Shown one piece after another: positions 19,360-29,248 of a stretch of DNA of 64,000 nt. The position numbers and the translations under genes were made by a program. The DNA is from Candidatus Latescibacterota bacterium (GTDB lineage Bacteria > Krumholzibacteriota > Krumholzibacteriia > WVZY01). The notes beneath the pieces were generated by a model, which was not told the DNA's origin, made no database searches, and was given only the letters and a program-made list of their open reading frames with translations. Each line of letters opens with the position of its first letter. Within the stretch, counting starts at the first letter, position 1. The stretch is taken from NCBI GenBank assembly GCA_963791045.1, contig CAWBQK010000004.1, positions 64,001 through 128,000 of the forward strand. Reading direction: 5' to 3'.

Positions 19360-19693
19360 TTCATTCCCTTCGCTATGGCGACATCCTGGCAACGATGTCT
19401 CTCCAAGTTGCACTCCCAACCACCCGGCACGACGCGGAAATTGCACGTGGAAATGCGGTTTTTCAGCGGCGGCACCAATAAAGTAATCTATTCTAACACA
19501 TGAGGATATGCATGTCGACACGGTTGTCGACCGGCCCGATTCGCCCCACATCCACGAGGCGCTCGCACAAGACCTTGCAACCACCGGGCCAGCAAACAGA
19601 GCCGGTGCCTTCCGAACATGCTTTTTTTATGGAATTTACGACGGTATCCCTCTCACCGTTCCCCCAACCCACAGTTGTCGTCAAGAAATCATA

Positions 19694-20902
19694 TCACGGC
19701 CACAAGCCAATACGTATCCCAATCACATACAATAACTTACGAATCTGCCGCCGTCTGCGTGCGAACCCTGAACCCTGATATTCCCTGAGAAAGTCTACCA
19801 GGTAGGCACCGCCTGAATATCCGCCCCGATCTCCGCTCTGGATGAACTGGGTCCCCAGTCGGCTCAACTTGCCTGGATCGCCGCCGGGTTGGTTGCGGAT
19901 TGTATCGCTCTCGGGCGCCCGCACGGCGACCCCCGCGAAGATCGAGCGCGCCACGTCGAATGACTCTTCGTTGTAACCACCGCCGGGAAATATAAAATAT
20001 TTCGGCTCAGAGCCAAGCCTGTCCTTGATGATACGCCGAGATTCGACAAGCTCCAACTCATAACGCTGACGCCTGCCATCAGGCGATTCGTACGCCCCCG
20101 CCGCCGGGGTTTGTTTCCGCATCCGTTCGACCTCTTTGAAGAGGATCTCACGCCAGTCGGACTGCGCGAAAAAAGCGTCGCCATGCCGATGGTTTACAAA
20201 GGCACAAAGACGGGAAGCTTCATTGGCGTCGGGGAAATAACGAGTCGACTCGAGCGACTTTCCGTGCTCATACACCGGTGTGCCCCACGGGACCCGCGAC
20301 CACGCGGGCCCTTCATCGCGAATACGATCGAGATAAAGCGGTTTGTCCTCCGGGTGCGCGTTCCAGTCGAGCCAGTGATAACCGTCACCCGGGTGATGAA
20401 AATCGACTATTTTCGGACCGGTCGGGTACCAGGTGTGTGTTAACGCGTGGCATTGAACCGAAAGAACGCCGGTTTCCATTACTTTCCTAAGTTCGCTCCA
20501 CGACATAAAACCGCGCGCATCGGCGAGTGGCCGGTTGAGCGCATCGGGGCCCAGATCTCCGAGCGCCGGTCGAACACCGTCCCGCGGATCGACAAACTCC
20601 GGAGACACGAATACCGTCCCCGTAAATCCATGCCGCTCGAGGAGCGGAGCAACATAAATCCAGTTGTCCAGATACCCGTCGTCAAACGTGAGAGAAACAC
20701 TATTGGCCGGGAGAGCCGTGTCACCGGCAATATGGGCTCGAATGTCGTCGAGCGTCGCCGACCGGTACCCCGCCCTTCGCAGGTGCCGCAATTGATCGTC
20801 GAATACGCGAGCGGGCAGCGTAAACGACGGCGACTTCCACCCATCGATCGCGTGGCCGACACTGTGATACATAAGAACCGGGATTGCCGTGCCCTGTACC
20901 AT
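19694..20902 (-). CDS. Polysaccharide deacetylase family protein
   Basis: PVLMYHSV, LTFDDGY, MSWSEL, HALTH, FPGG. Confidence 0.88.
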   Translation of the reverse strand: MVQGTAIPVLMYHSVGHAIDGWKSPSFTLPARVFDDQLRHLRRAGYRSATLDDIRAHIAGDTALPANSVSLTFDDGYLDNWIYVAPLLERHGFTGTVFVSPEFVDPRDGVRPALGDLGPDALNRPLADARGFMSWSELRKVMETGVLSVQCHALTHTWYPTGPKIVDFHHPGDGYHWLDWNAHPEDKPLYLDRIRDEGPAWSRVPWGTPVYEHGKSLESTRYFPDANEASRLCAFVNHRHGDAFFAQSDWREILFKEVERMRKQTPAAGAYESPDGRRQRYELELVESRRIIKDRLGSEPKYFIFPGGGYNEESFDVARSIFAGVAVRAPESDTIRNQPGGDPGKLSRLGTQFIQSGDRGGYSGGAYLVDFLREYQGSGFARRRRQIRKLLYVIGIRIGLWP

Positions 20903-21020
20903 TCTCTCCTCAATTCGATCTATACGACCCGAATTTGTCGCCCGCCATGGCTCTCCGGCGGGATGTATTGTACCAGACCTGTGGATTTCATGACAGAAGT
21001 CATGATACAATCCCGGCTCG

Positions 21021-21578
21021 ATGACAGTAAACGACAACAATCATAACGAACCAACCCTGTTCGTCGATCTGGATGGAACTCTTATTTCCGGGGATACGCT
21101 TGTGATTTCGCTCCGCGAACTCGCGCGCCACCGGCCCTGGTCGATCCTGCTGCTTCCCTTTTTTGTACTTCGAGGCCGCGCGGCATTCAAAGCCCACGTG
21201 GCCGATCGCGTCACGCTCGATCCCGCCAAACTTCCCTACCGTCACGATGTCCTGGAATTTTTGAAGGAGGAGAAAACAAGAGGCCGTACTCTGATTCTCG
21301 CCACGGCCGCTCACAGATCGATCGGAGAACCGGTCGCGGCTTACCTCGGCATATTTGACGATGTCATGACGAGCGATCGCGTTCAAAATCTCAAAGGACG
21401 GGGCAAGCTCGATGCAATACTCGAGAGAGTGGACAACGGATCCTTCGACTACATGGGCGACAGCACGGCCGATATCCCGCTGTTCGAAAAAGCGCGCGAG
21501 TCATTGCTGGTAAATCCCACCCCGGCGCTTCTGGCACGCGTCAAGCAAACGTGCCGAGTCGGACGCGTATTCGACTAA
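21021..21578 (+). CDS. HAD-family phosphatase (type usually fused N-terminal to UbiA)
   Basis: VDLDGTL, LATAA, NLKG..K, YMGDS.AD, LVNP. Confidence 0.88.
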   Translation: MTVNDNNHNEPTLFVDLDGTLISGDTLVISLRELARHRPWSILLLPFFVLRGRAAFKAHVADRVTLDPAKLPYRHDVLEFLKEEKTRGRTLILATAAHRSIGEPVAAYLGIFDDVMTSDRVQNLKGRGKLDAILERVDNGSFDYMGDSTADIPLFEKARESLLVNPTPALLARVKQTCRVGRVFD

Positions 21579-21626
21579 ACCGACCGCACGCCCGACACTT
21601 TCAACCCGACAAACATAACGCCGGCG

Positions 21627-22640
21627 TTACCACGGAATTGACATCAAATCGGAGAATGACTGAATTGACGGCGGAAACGCGCGATACAAAACGGGCACAT
21701 CTACGAACAACAGGGCGCCAATGACGATAGTACAAGCGACGATCGACACCATCAGATAGGGTTCGCGATACAGTTTTTCGGGAGCTTGCGCGGCGCTGTG
21801 TTCTTTGAAGGAAATGGACAGGTATGTCGCCATCACCCAGGCGACCATCGGGAACGCCAACACCAGCTCGAGCCGGTAGCGGACTATAAAGGCGCCGAAG
21901 AAGAGCATCGCGACCGAGGCATAAAACATGATCGCGACTATCAGCCGCTGCTCGTTGTATACGCCGAATGATTTCCTGTAACTTTCGGCCACTCCGGAAT
22001 CGTTGATTTCCCTGTATTCAGCGTACCGTTTTATACCCATGAAGTAACTCCCCACCATCCAGTAGCTAAGCAGAAGAGACAAGGGCGGAACGGTCGTCGG
22101 ACCGACGATAAACCAACCGAGAAGAAAACGAATCGGATTGTTCACTGCCTCGGAAAGAACATCGATGTAAGGCTTGTCTTTGGATCTAATGGGAGGGACA
22201 TTGTAGACAATTCCCATCACCCACAACGCCAAAACGGCGACAACAAACGACGTCGATATCATCGAGCCCACCGCGGCGCCCAGGCCCATCAGGACCAGCC
22301 ACTGCACATATCCGAGCGGAATGTTCACCTGCCCCGCCGGGACGGGCCGGTTTTTCTTTATGGGATGCTGACGATCGAAAGGCGCGTCGAGAATCTCGTT
22401 GAGAACATAATTGCTCGAAGCAATCAACCCCGTCGACAGCAATCCAAGAATCGCCCGAATGACGAGCGACGCCGCATCGAGGTTCTCGGGCTGCATACTG
22501 ACGGCGACGATGATACCCGGCAACACAAACACGTTTTTGATCCAGTGATCGAAACGGGCAATCCGAAGATGCCCCGCCAACGAGGGCCGCGCCGTTTTTG
22601 GTTCAACTTTTTTTGGTAGCGTTCGTCCGCGTCCGTTCAT
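21627..22640 (-). CDS. UbiA-family prenyltransferase (decaprenyl-phosphate phosphoribosyltransferase-like)
   Basis: R..HWIKN, YVLNEILD...DRQHP.KK.RP..AG, KRYAE; multiple TM helices. Confidence 0.9.
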   Translation of the reverse strand: MNGRGRTLPKKVEPKTARPSLAGHLRIARFDHWIKNVFVLPGIIVAVSMQPENLDAASLVIRAILGLLSTGLIASSNYVLNEILDAPFDRQHPIKKNRPVPAGQVNIPLGYVQWLVLMGLGAAVGSMISTSFVVAVLALWVMGIVYNVPPIRSKDKPYIDVLSEAVNNPIRFLLGWFIVGPTTVPPLSLLLSYWMVGSYFMGIKRYAEYREINDSGVAESYRKSFGVYNEQRLIVAIMFYASVAMLFFGAFIVRYRLELVLAFPMVAWVMATYLSISFKEHSAAQAPEKLYREPYLMVSIVACTIVIGALLFVDVPVLYRAFPPSIQSFSDLMSIPW

Positions 22641-23085
22641 TCGCCCCGTCCGTTTCTTTTCTTTTCTATGTTTTATGAATCAAAGAGAAAATCGATTCCG
22701 CACACCGGAACAAGATCGGTCAATTCGCCAACCCGCGCAATCACGAAATCACCTTCATCACGATTTAAGCAGAAATGGCACAGATTGTGTACATACACTA
22801 AGTTACGTGGTTGTTCGTTACAGTGTACAATTTACATCATGCCACAAAACCAGAGAGGATGAGCATTGTATTCATTTGTTATCATTATCGTTAGCTCGCA
22901 TGATTCGCCGACGGGCACGGCTCATCCCGCCGGTATAAGTTCACCGGGTACCGCGAAAATACGCGGTGTTAGACCCAGAAGGTTCGGAAGATGACCCAGT
23001 TATCCACATCGCGGACCCCGAACCCGATGGAGCCCAAATTATATGAAATCTCCCGTTTTGGAAAGCGGGACGGAGGCAAACACTA

Positions 23086-23310
23086 ATGGACAATATAGTA
23101 GAAACGGTCGTGTGGGTCGCGTTGGTGGCAGGGACCGCCGCCGTTTTGCTCATTGAGCTTCCGCGCATCTGTATATGGTGTCTTGAAATCGTCGAACGGA
23201 CTCAAAACGTCCGGATTCACAAAAGGCTCCTGCATCGCAAACCAACTAAGGATGAACCTCAGAGCACACCAGATAAAGTTGAAATCATGTACCGGAGCCC
23301 CCCGCAATAA
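23086..23310 (+). CDS. Small hypothetical single-TM protein
   Basis: Strong RBS GGAGG, N-terminal hydrophobic helix, 74 aa. Confidence 0.5.
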   Translation: MDNIVETVVWVALVAGTAAVLLIELPRICIWCLEIVERTQNVRIHKRLLHRKPTKDEPQSTPDKVEIMYRSPPQ

Positions 23311-23367
23311 ATTGTATCTTTGTATGTCGAGCGCTCACCGGTTCGCGCTCATTCGAGCAGGTCTATT

Positions 23368-23574
23368 ATGCGTTACCTCGTATTTCTTGTCGGATTAGGA
23401 TGCGCCATCATAGGTATTTCCAGCCGATTCGAGGGAATCCTGTTTTCCTTCAATTTTGGCGCCGAACTCATGTCGATTGGCAGCGCCTACTTCAGGAACG
23501 ACACGCTGCTTATGCTTTGTGGCGCCGTGCTGATGCTCCTGTCGATTGCGGCGACACGCCCAAACAGGGTGTAA
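23368..23574 (+). CDS. Small hypothetical two-TM protein
   Basis: MRYLVFLVGLG... and LLMLCGAVLMLLSIAA helices. Confidence 0.45.
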   Translation: MRYLVFLVGLGCAIIGISSRFEGILFSFNFGAELMSIGSAYFRNDTLLMLCGAVLMLLSIAATRPNRV

Positions 23575-23756
23575 AGCGTTTCGACCGTGGCGCACACATA
23601 TTTGCCTTGCTGAATCCTCTTCTTGTGCCGTGAAGGCCAAACCGCTATCCTCTTGTCCATTCTCATTGCGTACGAAATTTTCTCACAGCCATCCTGGAGT
23701 CATCGCGTATAACGCAGCCAGCGCGGCGGCGCCAGACCGCCGACAAACCGGGAGGA

Positions 23757-25211
23757 ATGATGTCCGACTCGACGACACCCGAAAACCCAGCGGAAGAAAC
23801 CACCGAACCCAGGGGCATCCCCAACCCCTTTACAGAACTCATCAATTCTTTCAAAGAGTTAAGAGACGCCCCTCCGGCATTCTGGCACACCAACATGGCG
23901 TACTGGCTCGACGGCGTGTCCTATTTCGGGATGATCACCCTTCTCACGATGTTCTTTCATGATGTGGCGGGTTTGTCCGACGGCACCGGGCACAAGCTGG
24001 TATCGATCTACACGGGGCTCATCACCGGCTCGATGCTTTTATTTGGGCCGATATCCGACAAACTTGGCGTCCGTAAATCCCTCATCGTCTCCGTCGTTTT
24101 GTACATCATCGGCCGTGCGGCGCTTCCGCTCGCGCCGGAGTTCCTCACACCGGGTTCGATCTCGATCATTGTCGTCTCCGCCATCGCCCTCATCATTGCG
24201 GCCGCCGGCAACGGCTTTATGCAGCCGTCGTGTTATGCCGGTGTGAGAAAATTTACCGACGAGAAAACGGCGGCGATGGGTTACGGACTTCTCTATGCGG
24301 GGATGAATCTCGGCATAGTGGTCATCGGTTTGATCTCGCCGCGGATTCGCACTGGAATCCACATCAAGGGCCTTGTTGATTTTGACGGGTTTGGCATTAC
24401 CGGCGTGTTCTGGTTTTGTGTGCTGGTAAACCTTTTGATGCTTCTCTTATTGATCTTTTTCTTTACGCCCAAAGTTGAACGGGAAGGTGAAAAGATCGGT
24501 GCGGCACCCGCTGATGACGCGAAGACGGAGGGCGGCAGCGAAGGCAGGAGCTTTGTCCGGGATCCCATCGGCGCCACCGTCGCGTGGTTCAAGGGCAATC
24601 CCCTCTCCAACTCGCGCTTTGCCTTTTTTATTTTTATTTTGTTTCCGGTCCAGTCCTTGTTCGCATACCAATGGCTCGTGATGCCCCAGTACGTGACGCG
24701 GGCGTTCTCAGAGATTGTGGCGAACAACATGGAAAGCATCATCAACGTCGCGAATCCACTTATTGTTGTTCTCGGCGTTCCAATAATCACTGCGATGACA
24801 CGCAAAGTCTCCGTTTATAAAATGATGGTTATCGGCGCACTGGTTTCCGCCGCTCCGTCGCTGCTCTTCATTCTCGGCCCCCACTTTCCCCTGCTAATGA
24901 CCTACATTATTCTGTTCTCCATCGGAGAAGCGATGTGGCAACCACGGTTTCTTCAGTTTGCCGCTGAGCTCGCTCCGAAGGGAAAAACCGGGGCCTACAT
25001 AGCATACGCGAACATCCCGTGGTTTCTCGTCAAATCCCTCGCCGGTCTTTATACGGGGAGAATGATGGAGAGATACTGTCCAGACGGTGGCCCGTTCAAC
25101 ACTGAAATGATGTGGCTCATTTATGGGGCTGCCGCGCTAATCAGTCCGATTGGACTCATTGTCGCGCGAAAATGGGTTGAGAAGGGACTCCCGAAGACAC
25201 AGCCCAATTAG
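23757..25211 (+). CDS. MFS transporter (POT/peptide-like)
   Basis: GPISDKLGVRK (MFS motif A), GYGLLYAGMNLG, SIGEAMWQPR, APKGKTGAY; RBS GGAGG. Confidence 0.9.
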   Translation: MMSDSTTPENPAEETTEPRGIPNPFTELINSFKELRDAPPAFWHTNMAYWLDGVSYFGMITLLTMFFHDVAGLSDGTGHKLVSIYTGLITGSMLLFGPISDKLGVRKSLIVSVVLYIIGRAALPLAPEFLTPGSISIIVVSAIALIIAAAGNGFMQPSCYAGVRKFTDEKTAAMGYGLLYAGMNLGIVVIGLISPRIRTGIHIKGLVDFDGFGITGVFWFCVLVNLLMLLLLIFFFTPKVEREGEKIGAAPADDAKTEGGSEGRSFVRDPIGATVAWFKGNPLSNSRFAFFIFILFPVQSLFAYQWLVMPQYVTRAFSEIVANNMESIINVANPLIVVLGVPIITAMTRKVSVYKMMVIGALVSAAPSLLFILGPHFPLLMTYIILFSIGEAMWQPRFLQFAAELAPKGKTGAYIAYANIPWFLVKSLAGLYTGRMMERYCPDGGPFNTEMMWLIYGAAALISPIGLIVARKWVEKGLPKTQPN

Positions 25212-25223
25212 CACCCGCCCCAA

Positions 25224-25274
25224 TAAAAACAAAAGCCCGGCGTCTGAGTCTCCGATGACCCAAACGACGGGCTT
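25224..25274 (-). terminator. Intrinsic terminator between the convergent MFS and repeat-protein genes
   Basis: AAGCCCG...CGGGCTT stem followed on the minus strand by TTGTTTTTA. Confidence 0.55.
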
Positions 25275-25305
25275 ATCATTAACGCGTGACTTCAGAACGG
25301 CCGTA

Positions 25306-28300
25306 TCACTTCAGGAACACCATCTTTTTGGTCAACGTCTCGCTCCCCGCGTGGAGCCTGTAGAAATATACACCGCTTGCCACGGCATCTCCGTGTGTAT
25401 CGCGCCCATTCCAACTTTCCGAATACATACCAGGCGCCATTATCCGGTCGACGAGTGTGCGGACTTTACGACCCGACACGTCATATACGATGAGGGTGAC
25501 GATATCAGGCTGACCGACAGTGAACCCGATAGTCGTAACGGGATTGAATGGATTTGGAACGTTCTGTCCAAGCGTAAGAGCAAGGGCCGGTGTACCGTCA
25601 CCAATTCCGGTGAGGTCACCGACAACATGGACCGTCTTGTTAGCCGCGTCCGTCTCCACGATCCCGGAAGCGGACGCCGTGACAATCGCCACACCATTCG
25701 CGATAGGATCGAACGCCACTCCCCCACTCGTTACGGTGCCCGCGGACTGGTACGTGCCGACAGGTATCGTTACACTTACTGTGTCATCGGTTTCGAGTGT
25801 CGTGACAAAACCGGCGATCGCATCGTCCGAACTCGCGATCTGTGCCACCTTCGCGACCCCACCCGCGCGAACGGATTGGAGCTGGGCGAGGCCCGACAAG
25901 TCGTTCTCGGGAATACCCACCTGAACAATAAACTCGACGTCTCCTTCCACAATATCGACTGAATCCGGCAGCGATGTGATCTGTATAGCCGGCGCAACTA
26001 TGTCCATCGCCATCACGCCATCGTTGAACGTCGGCACACTTGCCGTCAGAGTTACCGTACCCGTGGTGTCGTCGATTCCATGGATGTAGAAAGTTGCATC
26101 GGTTTGGCCCGCGGTCACCGGCACATCGATGACGGCAGTACCGGGCGTTGCGGCGCCCGACGCGACAAGCAAGATCCCTGCGTCGCTGCTTTCGATATGA
26201 ATCGTCACTCCACCGTGATCGGATACTCCGAGCCGAGCCGTGACCACCCCGCTCTGGAGACCCGCGCCGACCGCAGACGGCGCACCGAGGTACGTGATGC
26301 TCTGATTCGTCACATCGACAACCCGGGTTCCGTCACCGGTCAGTACAAAACCGGGGATCGTCGCCGACACAATCGTTTGACCAACAGCCAGGCCCCGGAT
26401 CGCAACGCCTCCCTCGGCAACCGTGGCGGGCGAACCTGAATTTCCACCGTATATATCAACGGCGACCGTACCACTCGTGTCGGAAAGCGTCACGACCTCG
26501 GCAGTCCCGGAGACCGAACTCACCACGGTCGCAACCAGCGGCGGCGCTCCGACTCGCCGTTTCTGAAGCGTGTTCACGCGTGTAAATGCCGCGTCGCCAA
26601 GCCCGACGTTTATCGTAATAGCATCGGGTGGATCGGATACATCAACCGACGCCCCAATGTCTCGTATGTCCAGCGCCGGCTGAACCACATCAATAATTTC
26701 ACTACTTGATTCGAAACCTGGAACCGTCGCCATGATTGTGACCGAGCCGGTCGTGTCGTCAATGCCGTGCGCGTAAAAGTTGACCAGGGTCGACCCATCG
26801 AGGACCTCGACATCGACATAGACCTCACCCGTATCTTCTTCCGCCGCTGAGACGAGTACAATGTCCGGATCGGTGGATTCGATACGAACCGTCACACCGC
26901 CATGATTGGAAACGCTTAACACCGCCCGCAAACTCGCCGTCTGCAAACCCGACCCCACATCGCCGGGGAGTCCAATCCAGCTGATCGTCGGTGCGGTCAC
27001 GGTCACGTTTTGTGCTGCCGAAGTCATCGGGAGGAACCCGGCGGCTGACACGGACACCGTTGTCACGCCCGGCGAAAGCCCGTTGAATTCGACGCCGCCA
27101 TTGGCCACGGTGGTCGGCGACCTGGACTCACCGGCGGCCACGCTCGTCGTTACCGTTCCACTCGAGTCGGTGAGTGTTTGCAGAATTCCGATCGCCGCAT
27201 TGGAATTCGTCGCCGTCACCGTCACACCCGGCGACCCGGGACGCACTTCCATCGCGGAAACCGTCGCGTTTCCGCCGGCAGGCACGCCAACGCTCACCTG
27301 AAAAGGATCGGGCGGATCAAGTGTATCGATTGTCGTTCTAAGCGAAGAGCTGTACAAACAAATCCCCGGAGTAACAATATCGACGGTGGTCGTTTCCGGC
27401 GTAAAACCGGGCGCTGTTGTCGTCAGCATTACCGTCCCAGTGGTGTCTTCGATTCCATGAATATAGAAGTAAGCAAGGTACTGTCCGTTGGCCATCGGGA
27501 TATCGACTGACGCTTCCCCGACACTGTCACCGTGAACCGAAACCAGCCCGATATCCGTATCGTCGACTTCGACATGAACCGTGACGCCCCCATGCTGCGA
27601 CGCGCCAAGTTGTACACGCGAAGACCCCGATCGAAGTCCAGCCCCCACTTCCGCCGGCACTTGATAAATGAGTTCCGGCTGCGTCACCTCAACGTCCACA
27701 TACGCCGCCGTCGTCGGAAGGAAATTCGGAATTGATGCCGAAACCGTCGTGGTGCCCAACCCGATACCATCGAAGGCAATGCCGCCCGTCGACACGGTCC
27801 CCGCAGTCTGGTATTCGACCGGTGAGATCGTCACCGTCACGGTGTGACTTGTATCGGTCAAAGTCACCAATTGGCCCACCGTCGACTCCGAACTCACTAC
27901 CGTCGCCGTAATACCCGGTCCGCCCGCGCGGGCCCGTTGTGTTTGATAAACCAAAGACAGGTCCGTCGCAGGAATTCCGACACGGACAACAAAAACATCT
28001 TCCGCGTCAAATACATCAATCGATGTGGGAAGTCCATGAATCTGGTACGCCGGGGTCACGATCTCAGCCGCTTCGGCGTCAGGGGCAAATCCCGGAGCGC
28101 TGACAGATATCACAACAATCCCTGTTGTATCCTCGAGCCCCTGGACGTAAAAAGGCACACCAATTTGTCCATCAGCGGCGAAGATATCGAGCGAACCGTG
28201 TCCGCCGTTGGTGTACGCGTCCGCCACCAGGGCCAACGATGAATCGCCGGATTCTATATGTACCATGACACCGCCGTGCGCCCCTCCGCTCAGCGTCGCG

Positions 28301-29139
28301 CTCACCGCGCCGGTTTGAAGTCCGGCGCCTATCTCGCCGGGAAGTGACGTAATGGTTATTTTGGGCGCCTCAACCGTCACCGTCATTGTCGCGGTGTCCG
28401 TCGTGATGAAACCCGGTATGGTCGCCGTTACGTCGGTTGTCCCCGCCGCAAGACCATCGAACCCCACACCGCCCCCACTCACCGTGGACGGAGTCTGTTT
28501 TTCCCCCGCCGCAATCTCGGCGGTGACAACTTGTCCCGTGGCAGGCGTCGTCACAAGTTCCGCCGCCGTCGCATTGGTGTTGGTTATAGTCGCTGTGAGT
28601 CCCGGACCGCCGGAGCGTACTTTATTGGTCGACACAAGATAAGCGCCACCTCCGCCCACAATTCCCACCTGGACCAGAAACTCGTCCACGGGGTCAAATA
28701 CATCGTTAGACGCTGCAAGATTCCAAACCTGGACACCGGGCTGTACAATATCGCACGCCTGATTGACTTCGGCAAAACCCGGAGCGGTTGCCGTAATAGT
28801 CACCGTCCCGGTCGTGTCTTCCAACCCCTGCACGACAAATATTGCATTTATCGAGCCGTTTGGAACATACACGTCCACGTACCTGGCGCCCGCCGTAGTC
28901 TCACCCGGGGACACCAATGAAAGTGTCGTATCGCTGGTTTCGATACGCACGGTAACGCCGCCATGCTGACTGTCACTCAAACGTGCGTATATGGTGCCCG
29001 ACTGCAGGCCCGATCCGACTTCAGAATCGAAATATATGAATGAAATTGACTGAGCTGTTGCGGAAGATGAGAGAAAAACGACAAGCATGAGGCCGAGAAT
29101 ACAGATAACCGCCCTCTTAGCACCGACTGCCGAGATCAT
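25306..29139 (-). CDS. Large secreted Thr/Val/Gly-rich repeat protein with FlgD-Ig/T9SS-like C-terminal domain
   Basis: Signal peptide (ATA-Q), five ~230-aa repeats, C-terminal QNVPNPFNPVTTI...VYDVSGRKV...WNG.D..G..VASGVYFYRL...KKMVFLK. Confidence 0.88.
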   Translation of the reverse strand: MISAVGAKRAVICILGLMLVVFLSSSATAQSISFIYFDSEVGSGLQSGTIYARLSDSQHGGVTVRIETSDTTLSLVSPGETTAGARYVDVYVPNGSINAIFVVQGLEDTTGTVTITATAPGFAEVNQACDIVQPGVQVWNLAASNDVFDPVDEFLVQVGIVGGGGAYLVSTNKVRSGGPGLTATITNTNATAAELVTTPATGQVVTAEIAAGEKQTPSTVSGGGVGFDGLAAGTTDVTATIPGFITTDTATMTVTVEAPKITITSLPGEIGAGLQTGAVSATLSGGAHGGVMVHIESGDSSLALVADAYTNGGHGSLDIFAADGQIGVPFYVQGLEDTTGIVVISVSAPGFAPDAEAAEIVTPAYQIHGLPTSIDVFDAEDVFVVRVGIPATDLSLVYQTQRARAGGPGITATVVSSESTVGQLVTLTDTSHTVTVTISPVEYQTAGTVSTGGIAFDGIGLGTTTVSASIPNFLPTTAAYVDVEVTQPELIYQVPAEVGAGLRSGSSRVQLGASQHGGVTVHVEVDDTDIGLVSVHGDSVGEASVDIPMANGQYLAYFYIHGIEDTTGTVMLTTTAPGFTPETTTVDIVTPGICLYSSSLRTTIDTLDPPDPFQVSVGVPAGGNATVSAMEVRPGSPGVTVTATNSNAAIGILQTLTDSSGTVTTSVAAGESRSPTTVANGGVEFNGLSPGVTTVSVSAAGFLPMTSAAQNVTVTAPTISWIGLPGDVGSGLQTASLRAVLSVSNHGGVTVRIESTDPDIVLVSAAEEDTGEVYVDVEVLDGSTLVNFYAHGIDDTTGSVTIMATVPGFESSSEIIDVVQPALDIRDIGASVDVSDPPDAITINVGLGDAAFTRVNTLQKRRVGAPPLVATVVSSVSGTAEVVTLSDTSGTVAVDIYGGNSGSPATVAEGGVAIRGLAVGQTIVSATIPGFVLTGDGTRVVDVTNQSITYLGAPSAVGAGLQSGVVTARLGVSDHGGVTIHIESSDAGILLVASGAATPGTAVIDVPVTAGQTDATFYIHGIDDTTGTVTLTASVPTFNDGVMAMDIVAPAIQITSLPDSVDIVEGDVEFIVQVGIPENDLSGLAQLQSVRAGGVAKVAQIASSDDAIAGFVTTLETDDTVSVTIPVGTYQSAGTVTSGGVAFDPIANGVAIVTASASGIVETDAANKTVHVVGDLTGIGDGTPALALTLGQNVPNPFNPVTTIGFTVGQPDIVTLIVYDVSGRKVRTLVDRIMAPGMYSESWNGRDTHGDAVASGVYFYRLHAGSETLTKKMVFLK
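25610..29045 (-). repeat. Five tandem ~230-aa (about 690-nt) protein repeats
   Basis: Anchor (V/I)G(S/A)GL(Q/R)..HGGV..F...G(L/I)(E/D)DTTG.V recurs near 29010, 28325, 27640, 26950 and 26260. Confidence 0.88.
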
Positions 29140-29248
29140 GGCGCCCCCCCCTTGCGTGCATGTGAAGTGCAACTGGTTTAGCTATATAATTATATCACGA
29201 CAAGCCGCGGGACGTCCATCCTTGTGACGCACACCTTTGCGGTTCAGT

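Noticed and set aside
22776-22791. TGGCACAGATTGTGT as a sigma54 promoter
   Set aside because: The -12 element reads GTGT instead of TTGC; too weak to call.
23608-23625. GCTGAATCC resembling the start of a c-di-AMP (ydaO) riboswitch
   Set aside because: The downstream conserved elements are absent.
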